From NCBI RefSeq assembly GCF_018977255.1, contig NW_024704743.1, positions 102,984,001-103,048,000 of the forward strand: a stretch of DNA of 64,000 nt. Direction: 5' to 3'. This document shows, in pieces, positions 35,885 to 47,306 of the stretch. The position numbers and the translations under genes are program-made. Each line of letters starts with the position of its first letter. The first letter of the stretch is position 1. A model generated the notes under the pieces. The model was given only the letters and a program-made list of their open reading frames with translations, did not search any database and was not told the DNA's origin. Source of the stretch: Callorhinchus milii. Taxonomy: Eukaryota.

Positions 35885-36810
35885 AGGCAACAATGCATTT
35901 ATATTGTGCCCATTTAGGATAACGTTTTGAAGCACTTGATAGTGGAAGTATTGGATGACAAGCAAGTGAGAAGAGGGAGTGAACATAGGCACTGTCCAAG
36001 AGGTAGGTTTTAAGATGTGATTTAAAGATAGAGAAAATGTATGCAAGTGGGAGGATAGAAATGCAGAGTACCAGAGGTTAGCAATGAATCAGAGTTTCAT
36101 CTGAAAGCTCAACCACTGATGGTGGTGTGGAGGGGACACCAACAATTTATATAGTGCTTCTCACAGGGTAGCGTCCTGGAATGCTTCACAATGGCAGAGC
36201 ATGACACCGAGCCGAGGGGAGATGGGAGTTGACTGTAGTCACAGTCGAAGAGGAAGGTCTTCAGGTGCGATCTAAAAATGGGGTAGGAGGGGGTGAGGTG
36301 GAAGGATACAGGAAATGTTCAGAGTTTCGGGGAGTAGTGCCCGAAAGCGGTCCACCGATAGTGGAATGGAGGACATGAGGGACAAGCAGGAGGTTATAGC
36401 CAGTAGAGCAGAGGTAACGGTTTGTGGGTTACGGGATAAGCAGGTCGGAGAGGTAGGGAGATGCCAAGTCATGAAGGGATTTGAATTCGAGTGTGAAGAT
36501 CCTTTGTGTGAAATTGATGCATTCGATGATAGGGAACCAGTAAAGCCTGGCTAGAACTGGTGTGATAGTGGATTGTGGATAGTGGAGCTGGGGATACCAG
36601 CGAGTAGGATATTTGAATAGACAAGGCGAGAGGTGACAAACACATGGATGAGTGATTCGGCAGCATTTGGGGTAACGTATGCTCAGAGAAAGGGAATGTG
36701 GCGGAAGTGGAGGAAAGCGGCCCTGGTCAGATGGGGACGGGGGACATACAAAATGCCTGTATTAGTTGAGCATAAGGGATGGGAAGATGAATGGGGTATG
36801 AGCATGTCAG
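35885..36810 (-). mobile_element. Old L2 LINE fragments
   Basis: Purine-rich plus strand with L2 landmarks (gtcgaagaggaaggtcttcagg, tgaagggatttgaa...gtgaagatc, gtgacaaacacatggatgagtgattcggcagcatttgggg). Confidence 0.7.
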
Positions 36811-37544
36811 ACAGATAGGGACATGCTTGGCACAATATCAAATGCAAGCTTTATCATATTATTATCTTGGAACTTTCCCACAGATGACTGACTGGGCTGC
36901 CATTGTTGCTGATGACAGAACATAGCATTTCTGTGTTGTTTTATATGATGTTGACTTCAGCTCAATCATCGCAAGTGATATTAAAAATATTGTTTGTATT
37001 TGAGATACATCTTATCATGTCAAAACATCTAAAAGTGCTTCACAGAGCTTTTCAATATAGTGGAGCGACAGTATATTTGTAGGTGAATGTGTAGCCAATT
37101 TACGCACAAACAGTTACGAAGTGAACACCTGACTTTATTTATCTAGGGATTGTTGACCAGGGCACAAAAATAAACTCCTTTTTTTTTCCCCCCAGTGCCA
37201 TGGGATCACTAATATCCATCTTCTGAAAAAGCAAACAAGATACAGTTAAAATCTCATCTGAAGGACTGCACCTCCAAAAACTAAGCACTGCCTCCAGAAC
37301 TATTTTAAAGTGTCAGGCTAATCTATGTTTTTACATCTCATTTTTCACCCCTAGTTTTAAAATACATTATTATTGGAGAGTGGGCAGTGGAGTATGTGGT
37401 ACCTTTCAATACCTTCCTTATCAAATTCAATACTTTATGGCTATTTGTGGGATGATGCTGTGCGCTAATTGTCGGAAATGGAACTCTCTCGCTGGAAGGA
37501 TGTACATTGCTAACCTAATTCTTGAGAGATTGAAATACAGGTTA

Positions 37545-37851
37545 TAATAAATAATAATAATCTATGCACTTGATGTAGCATTTTTCACATCTTCTACACG
37601 TATCAAGTGCTTAACAGAATATACTGTAAAGTGAATTGACTGTATATTTGTGGGCGGCAGCCAATTGCGCACAGCAGTGTCCCACAAACGGTCGTGGATT
37701 GAAATGACCAATTCTATTTATATTTTTTTGCTTGAGGGATTATTATCAGGCGTGTGGAGTAAGGAAACTTGTCCAAGGTTTCGCCCTGAAGGGAATAAAA
37801 CCCAGATCTCTCGTGTGCAAGGCAAGTGCTCTAACCACTGAGTTACAGGAC
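37545..37851 (-). mobile_element. tRNA-derived Deu-type SINE, short variant
   Basis: Same head (reverse complement gtcctgtaactcagtggttagagcac), Deu core and (TAT)n tail. Confidence 0.88.
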
Positions 37852-38889
37852 TGGTGAGGTTGGTGAGAGCCAAGACTTGGGAACCCCAGGGTATGTGTTT
37901 TATCAACAAAATTACAAAGTTTACCATTAAGAGTAGTGTTTGGCTACTCTTCCCCCAATGTATCAAACAGGAAGACACAAACAACAATGACTGTCTTCCC
38001 CCATATTCAGAGGGACACATAATCACCACAAGACGTTGTAATCCCTTTGGTTTATAATAGACTGTTATGGATAAGACTTGTATTTTAAAATGTAATAAGA
38101 TAAGCAGCACCTACCTCATGTACTGTGGGCCCAACCACAGATAGAAATCAAAGCATGATAAGAGAGACAACAAAGGGATAAGCAATGATGCCATGTCTGT
38201 GCACAGGGGTAATGTGTTGCACTTGGGATTGGTATTCCCTCTCCCTTATATACATTAACATCATTAATATCGCTAAGGTGTCAGAATGAGACAAATTTTG
38301 GGTATTAAGTGAATTAACATGAGATTAATATATATTTCAGTTCATTTCAATTCATTTATGGCTCACCTTATTCTTTGACATAACACAATTAAAGTAGACC
38401 TCGCACACAAGTAGGATACTCCTGAGAGTTATGCAATTCAATGGTAACTTACAATGTGCAAAAAGGGTCATATTGGGATGATATTGCCATTACACCATAA
38501 GGTAATCTAGTCTGAATCTAATAATATAATCTATTTCTCATATGTATGTATATGAGACCACTGGGGAAAGTGCTTCTCGAGAAGAACATGAACAATTTCC
38601 ATTTTTCTAGTGCCTTTCCCTTTGGGAAAATATTTCAAAGTGCTTTACAAAGACTGAATGAAAGCCTGAACTCTGAGAGAGCTTGGGTAGTGGAAAGTGC
38701 AGTCAAATAGGTCAAGTCAGCTGGCATTTGAAAGCTGAGGCAATCAGAGTAATTGATTGGAACAGATTGCTAGGAGGGGTGGTTGAGGCCACGACATTTA
38801 AAAATTAGCTTGATGCTGTACGGGAGGAAGATAGGATGTGTTTTCTGGAAGGACAAGATAAGATAGACCAAAGGGCATATTTTGTCCAA

Positions 38890-40380
38890 ATCAATCTTGA
38901 GATCTTGTGAAAGGATTTGCAGAGAGTTCCAGAGGGAGAAAGCAAAAAGCCTGAAGGCTAGTCTGCCAATGGTGGCCAAAGTTGGTGGAGCAGATGGAGG
39001 ATTAAGGAGGAGGTTGCAGAAATAAGGAAGTGCAGGGCCAAAGAAGCATTTGTATGTGGAGACACAGCTCTTAATTTTAATCTGCTGGGGGATATGGAGC
39101 TAATAATAATAATGATAATAATAATAATGCTTGCATTTGATATAGCGCTTTTCACATCTTCTAGATGTCTCAAAGCGCTTCACAGAATAATATACTGTAA
39201 AGTGAATTGACTATATTTGTGGGCAAAACACGGCAGCCAGTTGCGCCCAGCAGTGACCCCCAAACAGTCGTGGATTGAAGTGACCAATTTATTTGTTTTT
39301 CTTGTGGGATTATTATCAGGCATGTGGAATAAGGAAACCTGCTCAAGGTTTCGCCCTGCCAGGAATTGAACCCAGATCTCTCCCTTGCGAGGTGAGTGCT
39401 CTAACCACTGAGCTACAGGACCTCAGTGGAGCCAGGTGCGGGTTGGAAAGATTGGCCAGAAGGGCGAGAGGATCCAGATCGCAGAGCTCTACAGGGTTTG
39501 GAGTTTGTTTAAGGGAGAAGCTAGGAAGGCTGGCGAGCAAGACATTAGAAACTAAATGTTTCTGAATGAGAATGAGGTTTCTGGCTATGTTAGGGGTGAG
39601 GTAGTGGCAGAGGCAAGCAAAGATGGGGAGATGTAAAAATGTGGATTTGGTCAGAGCTTAAGCTTGTAGTTGAGCTGAGGGTCAAACAAAATACTGAAGT
39701 TCTGCACAGACTCCATGAGTTGGAGTGAACAACTAAGAAGGTCGACCCAGTCAGCTCCTGAGATGAGGAGATGCTGATGAGAACAGAGCAGGAATTTTGT
39801 CGACATGGAGTTGGAGAAAGTTGTAGCTCAGGCAGGACTTGATGTATAACATGCAACCTGACAGAACAACATTGATCCTGCAGTTGAGGGTGGAAGCAGA
39901 AAGGTAAAGTTGGGAAATGGAACCCATGCATGCAGATGATGTCACCAAGGGAGAACATGTAGATTAGAAAAAGCAGAGGATTGAATTTTGAGTCATGAGA
40001 AACACCACATATGCTAGAATGGGTATAGGACAATCAGATAAGGCAGAGTAAAGACACCTGGAGGTGGGAGTGAAATCAGGAATGTGTGGATTCTTGGAAA
40101 TGAATCAGGGAGTAGAAACAGTGGAGAAGGATGGAATGGTTAACAGTGTCAAAGGAGGAAGAGAGACCAAGTAAGACGAGATGGTAGAGGGAGTCATGGA
40201 GTCAGACATAAGAATACCATTTGTGACTTTGCCCTGTGCCATCGCTGTTGTGAGCTGGGCAGAAGTCAGATTGGTGGGGTTTTAGCAGAGAACGGTGGGA
40301 GTGGAAGGAAAGGAACCGGGATGTTGCAACTTGTTCCAACACGATAGTGAGGAGGGCCAGTGTGTAGATACTAGAGAGGG
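38890..40380 (-). mobile_element. Old L2 LINE fragment interrupted by a SINE at 39101-39421
   Basis: Minus-strand peptide PLLFLIYMFSLGDIICMHGFHF is homologous to L2 RT; the C-terminal TIGRLAFRLFAFSLWNSL lies on the other side of the SINE. Confidence 0.75.
39101..39421 (-). mobile_element. tRNA-derived Deu-type SINE, short variant
   Basis: Reverse complement gtcctgtagctcagtggttagagcactcacctcgcaagggagagatctgggttcaattcc..., Deu core and (TTA)n tail. Confidence 0.9.
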
Positions 40381-42559
40381 GTACAGCTAGCCATTTTGGG
40401 ATGTCCTTCTGAAGTGAAAGTTGATATAGAAGTGTAAATTGTATTGTATAGATTTTTTTAAAGAATGGGGTAAAGAAAAGGCTAGAGGCCCATAATAAGA
40501 TACCTGTATTTAGCTGACAACTCTATCGACAGAGAAAGCTATCTTAAAGAGCATCAACATGCTCCAACACTAGTACAACCACCTTTCGGTAAGGGTAAAA
40601 CTCACTCTACTAACTACTCATAACAACAGATGAGAGATGAGGGGTGGATATTAAAAATCCCATGGCGCCATGGCACTCACTTCACTGAAAAAGAGATGTG
40701 AATTTCTCCTAGTGTTCTGACCAACAATCTTCCAAATCAATTTGATAATTAATTTGATAGCTGTTTGTGAGCCACTCCCGTGCAAAAGCTATGAAATGCA
40801 CAGTCACTACAATTTGCAGTAAATCCCTTGAAGTGCTTTGAGAAACCTTCCCAACGTGAAAGACACAATATAAAATGCAAGAATTATTCTTTGCTTTAAT
40901 TATAGGGCCTAAGTCTGACATTAGGTCTTAATGGTTGGTGTGATTTTTAAATTTAACTTACAGGAAGTTTAACTTTCAAAGTGGGCAAATTGAAAGTCCT
41001 ACCAAGATGTTTCACTCCACACAGAGCCCTCACCATTGTTTGACTGTGGCCATGGAATTCTTTATCCTTACTGTTAACAGTGGTTTATCAAAGTGCTTGT
41101 TCTCTGCAACCAAATTGCTCTTCTCTCTCTTTAGGATAGTCAGACTAAATCAGGCATTACTTTTATAGACATTATCTGTCTGCCTCCTGTGAGGAGTTCT
41201 CCAATGGTGCTATGGACTGGATACAAGCTTGAGTGCGAATTCACAGGAATGTTATCTTGCCTGTCAAGCACTACCGACTACTTTTCTGTTGAACATGTGA
41301 AGTCACAATTCATCCATGTTTCAGTGGCAGTCTAGCTGTGGAAAAATCTAAGCAACGTCTCAGGTTGTGAGATTGCATTAATTCAGTGCCCACTTCCCAA
41401 TCAATGGGGAGAAATTTCACTGTGTCTAGATTTATTCTATTTACGTAGCATTTTTTGGACCATCCAGAATATGGCAAACTGTTGGATTTAGTCTTAAGTT
41501 TGATATTAATTTGTGTAGTTTGTTGAAAGGAACTTACAAGGTTTCAAAATTAAGGCTACTTTTTTAAAAATTTGCCAAGTTCTGGACACACTGAAACACA
41601 GCTCAGATTTTAGTAAATCTGGACCAACGTGGAATTTTTCCCCAGGTGTTAAATCTCTCTGCTTGAAACAAGCCTGAAATTCTGAATCACTAATATTACA
41701 GTGGTCAGGGGGACAATTATGAACAACACATACCTGTTGATTTGGGCTCTCCAAATTTTGTAACCAACAATTTACTGCAATAAGTTCCTCATTCACTAAG
41801 AAAGACATCATCCAAATCATTTTCTTCCTATTATAGTATTCACTACCTGCATGTCTTGCCAAAAAAAACAGCAGGGTTCTTCTGCATTAATTTATCGTCA
41901 GGCAGTTTAACTCACACAAAATGCAACAAACTCAATGCTGCATTACATTTTTTTTCTAAATCCACTTGAGAAAACAAATGCACCTTAACCATCAAAGATT
42001 ACTGCAATTACGGGTCAAAGCGACACAATTTAGATCAGTGAGGGTTTAGATTGTAAGATAGAGGGAATAGTACATCAAGATATCTTAAGTCTGTATCTTA
42101 ATTGCTTTTCAGACAATTTTAAATTCAAAAGATTTCACAAGAATGAGTTTCCAAGATTTCATGGTGATGCTTTGTTTTTTACTCTCGCCTCTGAAAGAGG
42201 GTTCTGTGCAAATGCATTAATCATTGATCAAAACACATTAATTCCAGAGCCACATGCAAAATAATCATGCAAAAATGTTTCAAGATGTCAGTCCCGATTT
42301 TGTTACGGATTTGACGAATATTTTTAATAGCTGCTTTCACCACTATGGCTCCAAACAAATTAAGTGACTTTCAGTTGCAATGACGAGAACAGTAAGGTTA
42401 TCCATGCACACTGTCATAAAGTTGTATTCATCACAATAACTAGAAAGAAAACATTCAAATAGGATACAGCACAATGAACACATACAGAGAACACATCACA
42501 AAACGGCACAGACTCATTTCACTATTCCTCTAGTAAAGGTAACGAAAAGGTAGACTCAC

Positions 42560-42637
42560 AGATAGAAAACTTGTTGCTGTTGTCTTTGCCTGGGAACAAC
42601 TTAACTCCTCTAGATTTAAAATCTATGGCCTTTTTCA
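42560..42637 (-). CDS. CSMD3: CSMD3 coding exon (about human exon 8), linker between CUB2 and Sushi2
   Basis: Acceptor tttgtttttctaactag|TG, donor ATCT|gtgagt, 78 nt, phase 1 to 1. Translates (V)KKAIDFKSRGVKLFPGKDNSNKFSI(L), nearly identical to the CSMD3-diagnostic VKKAIDFKSRGFKLFPGKDNSNKFSIL. Confidence 0.97.
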
Positions 42638-44087
42638 CTAGTTAGAAAAACAAACAAAAATACACATCAGAAGAAACAACTTAAAGCAAAACAAATGTAC
42701 TTTATAAAAATTTATGAAATTATTTAAAAGGCTGCAGTGTTGACTTGATTCAGAGTTCATTGAGAGAAACCAGTGACACAATGCTATTGACAGCTGACAT
42801 AAAGATTATTAAGCAAGTGATCGCCATAGTAAAAATATCACTGAAACAAAATGTTGCTTGGTTTCCCTTCTGTTTCTCTGTGGTGTGCATGGCAAACACC
42901 AGGAACAAGACTGTTAATTCTCTGGAATATTTACAGTGTGGAACTCTCTTTGCAATTGTTAGTCTTGTGAGGAGAGGTTACAACTTGACCCAATTAGTTC
43001 TGAAAAGGAGTGTTTAAATATGCACAAAATAAAATAGACAATGTGAGCATCAAGTTTATTTTGTGTGAAGTAGTATGTTTTCCTTGGGTACATCTGCCTT
43101 AGAATTGTAATAACATAATGTTTGCAAGTGTTCTTGAATATAAGCTGCCAAGGCCTTTGGGAGTTGGTCTGATAATCTAAAAACCAGAGATAGAAATTGA
43201 TTGAACAATGTATTGGGAAAAATCTTTTACATTCTAGTTTAAAAAATGAACACCATCATGCACAGAGTAAAATGTTTTATTATGATAATCAGGCAGTAAC
43301 AAAATCAATAAATTTACTGCATGTTTCAATTTCAAATGGATTCAACAGTATTAATTTGATTCATGTTGATACTTTAAAATGTAAGATTCCTGTGGTGATG
43401 CTGAAATATTTCTAGCTATCTGATGCTGGCAATTTTCTTTGTGTTACAGTTACCTTATTTATCCACCAGAGAGCTTTCATCATATTAATAATACACTGGA
43501 TTAGTTTTGGATGTGCTGTCACCATGAATTATTCTATCAAAATTTTAGATTGCCAGTAATATAATGTTCAATACCCTGGAATGGTAGGTAACAGATTCAC
43601 AGTTGTAATCCTCCTCCTTTACCATCCCCACACAACGTTTACAAATAAGCTACAAATCTTTCCATGCAACAAACGAGAGAAACCAGATCAAAGCTAGAAC
43701 ATTTCCTACAATAAATAAGAACGATCAGTGGTGGATTCTACCCAACATACTCCAAATATCTACCTAGATGTCAAACTAAGGGAAACATTAATCAGAGGCT
43801 CCAGGTGAAATCATCTGTTCATACTCCATGTCACAACATTATCTACTTTGTGAGTCTTTGTGGATGATCAAAGGAAAGCAGGAAAAATATATTTAAAATA
43901 AAAAAAGCTAATATTATAAGATAAAGTTTTCCTTTATTAGAAGATAAAGATGTATGATGTACCTCCTTATGGAAACTTAATAATAATAATCCTTGCATAT
44001 TTTTGCACTGTGTTCAGTTACAACTTCACAAGACCAAGACAACACAAAGTTAAGTAATGTTTTGAAATGAATAACTTTTAATAATAT

Positions 44088-44351
44088 ACTACAATATTCC
44101 TTGCATTTGATATAGCGCCTTATCACGTCTTCGAGATGTCTCAAAGTGCTTCACAATATATAATGTGAAGTGAATTGACTGTATATTTTGTGGGCGAAAC
44201 ACGGCAGCCAATTGCATACAGCAGTGTCCCACCAACAGTCATGGATTGAAGCAGCCAATTTTTTTTTGAAGGAATTATTACCCCCGGAAAAGCGATCCAC
44301 CAATCGACTAACAACTGGGTTCCTACTTACTGCTGGGTAAACTGAGGTGTG
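44088..44351 (-). mobile_element. tRNA-derived SINE, long (Meta-like plus Deu-like) variant, 5'-truncated
   Basis: Reverse complement acacctcagtttacccagcagtaagtaggaacccagttgttagtcgattggtggatcgcttttccgggg, then Deu core and tail. Confidence 0.85.
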
Positions 44352-46357
44352 TATAAATATATAAATGACTGTGTTAAATTTAGCATTTGTTTTGTTAAGA
44401 TGGATATCTGACCCACACTGAAAACCACTAATGAATTATTTCACGCTTACTTCATTGCTGAAAATATTAAACTGTGGTTGGCAAGAGCCAAAGCTTGGGA
44501 ACCTCACCATCTGTAAAGGGGTAATGCTGGAGTGTGATCAGCACCATGGGACATCCTACCGACCTGAAAGGCACTATACAAATATAATTTTGAATTGTAT
44601 TATACTGGTGGAGTTTAAACAGCTAATACCATGCATATTGCCATTCACAGAACACTTTTTTGGGTCTTTGTTTTGTTTCATCTTATGTCTTTTGTTTCAA
44701 AATGTTTCCATCAAATCAACTTTTGCAAAAGGATAGAATATATTTAAAATATGAAAGTGAATAATGTCATTTGAAAATTATGTGAGTTTAAAACTGCTGA
44801 AGTATCTGACGTGGGAAATTGAAGGCACAAGTAGAGGGAGTTTTGAAAGCAACCTGAAGGAAGATAGATGGTGTAGTGAACATAATTCCTGGCCCCGGGG
44901 TCCGTTACTGTGAAATGCTCTGAGACGCCGTCTGGCGTGGAGGGCGCTATATAGATCCAAGTTATTGTTGCTGCAATTATTGGAAAGCAATGCTCTCCAC
45001 CAACAATGTCCAACCTATTGTGTAATATCACAGTCTTATCATGTCACTGTTGATTTGGGCAATAACAGACTGCAACTTGGGGCACACATTGAGCAATTGT
45101 CTACTTGTTCAAGAACATAACCCCCTCCAATGATTTGGATTTTGAAAGAGCAGTAGCTACTCAGTGGCTGTAGAAGACTGTTTTTGTCAATAGATTCTTT
45201 GATCCTTTGCTTCATCACTTCTCAGAGATGATTACAATGCAGTTGGATGGATGCAGTGAAGCTGGATTTAGACAATTCTGCAGAAACAAAAATGCACTAT
45301 GTTACTTAAGATGCAGTGCAAATAGAGAATGATTATTGTAGACCCGTAATGGCAAAACACAATTCATGCAGGTACAGTGCAAATGAAATTTTTTTCAAAA
45401 GGCTTACTACCATGGGGTTAAAAATGTAATGTGTGATTTGACAATACTCACACTTGTGACATTTATCACACAATTATTTCACACTTCACATTTTGCATCC
45501 CAACGTACATTAAACTTTTACTAACTAACATTGCCAATATGTTTCAGGTATAACTTTCAACCACTTTTACTGTGGGTGGGGGGGGGCATCATATTAAAGC
45601 CAATATATATTTGTTGCACTTACCAAACTGATAGGGCTTCAGGATTCATTCTTCTTTAACTTGAAGAGTTTTGCTGTTAATTCCTCTGACTACATAGATG
45701 CTTTTCTTTGCAGCCTCTTCTGAGAATTTATGAACTTTTGACCAAAGTTCATTCTTAATGTTTTTTGCGAACTTTTTTGCCAGCACATGTCCTGGAGCAG
45801 GTAGCAATAAATAAATAATCCTTGCAGTTGATGGTGTCGATTGTGTCTGGGAAAAGTCTTTATGTCTGATGATACATTTCAGGTTCTATGAATATGGATA
45901 GAGCTGTCTCCTTTTGAACTCTGGGTGTGTCTTTACCATTATTGCCTCTAAAACCAGCAGCTTAGATGACAAAGAGATAACATGCCTTACCACTCACAAT
46001 GGGAAGCTGCTGAGGATGGTACTCAACATAACAGGACTTGTCAAGATGGTCGATTTAAATAATTCCAACTAATTCCAATTGCAATTTACTAAAGAGCTGT
46101 TTATTGGTAACCTTTTTGCGTGCCCAGATTCTGACCCCAATGCAACAGAAGTTGTGATTAAGTAATCTGGTGTAAAGAATTTAATAGTAGGCGATAAACT
46201 CCCCTTTACTCAAATTAAATAAGTAGCACAATGTGTGGATATATTAGCAGCAAGTCAGCACATTGGTTGCCAACTTGTCTTATCTTTTCAACCACACTTT
46301 TGGTTACCTCCTTCCAGCTCAGGCTTTTGGCTGCCTTGTGCAGTGTTCTGAGACATT

Positions 46358-46875
46358 ATAGAGTCATAGAATATTACAGCACAGACGTTAGACCATTCAG
46401 CCCATAGTTGCTTTGGAAGAGCAACCCAATCAGTCCCACTCCCCAGCTCTTTCTCCATACCACTGCAAATTGTTCCTTTTTAAGTACCTATCTCAATCCC
46501 TCTTGAAAGCTGTTAGGGAATTTGTTTCTACCACACTTTCAGGCAGTGCATTCCAGACCGTAACAACTCTCTGCGTAAAAAAAAATATTCTCATGCCCCT
46601 CTAGTTCTTTTGACAATTAACTTAAATCTATGAACCTTGGTTACTGACCCACTGGCCAGTGGAAACAGTTTCTCCCTATCAACTCTATCAAAACCCCTCA
46701 TAATGTTAAACATCACTATTAAATCTCTCCTTAACCTTCTCTGCTCTAAGGAGAACAATCCCAGCTTCTCTAGTCTCTCCACATAACTAAAATCCCTCAT
46801 CTCTGGTACCATTTTGTTAAATCTCCTCGGCACCCCATCCAAGGCCTTGATACCCTTCCTAAAGTATGGTGCCCA
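46358..46875 (-). mobile_element. CR1 LINE 3' end
   Basis: Peptide RRFNKMVPEMRDFSYVERLEKLGLFSLEQRRLRRDLIVMFNIMRGFDRVDREKLFPL, plus the CR1 3' UTR. Confidence 0.92.
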
Positions 46876-46990
46876 GACGTGAAAAGGGCTATATAAATAT
46901 AATTTGTGGTTGCCACAATGTTAACCATCTATGTAACAAGTCTGCAGCTCTTGGTTTAACATCAAGTGCAGAGTTCAAATCCTGTACACC

Positions 46991-47306
46991 GGAGTCCTGT
47001 AGTTCAGTGATTAGAGCACTCGCCTCGCAAGCAAGACACCTCAGTTTGATTCCCAGCAGGGCAAAATCTTGGCCAAATTTCCTAACTCCACACGCCTGAT
47101 AATAATCACACAAATAAAAAAAAACACAATAATAATTTGGTCACTCAATCCACCACTGTTTGTGGGACACTGCTCTGCACAATTGGCTGCCACATTTCGC
47201 TCACAAATATTCAATCAATTCACTTTATAGTATATTCTGTGAAGCGCTTTGAGATGTCAAGAAGTCATGAAAAGTGCTATATCAAATTCAAGGATTATTA
47301 TTATTA
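46991..47306 (+). mobile_element. tRNA-derived Deu-type SINE, short variant
   Basis: ggagtcctgtagttcagtgattagagcactcgcctcgcaagc...tgtgggacactgctctgcacaattggctgcc...aaggattattattatt. Confidence 0.9.
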
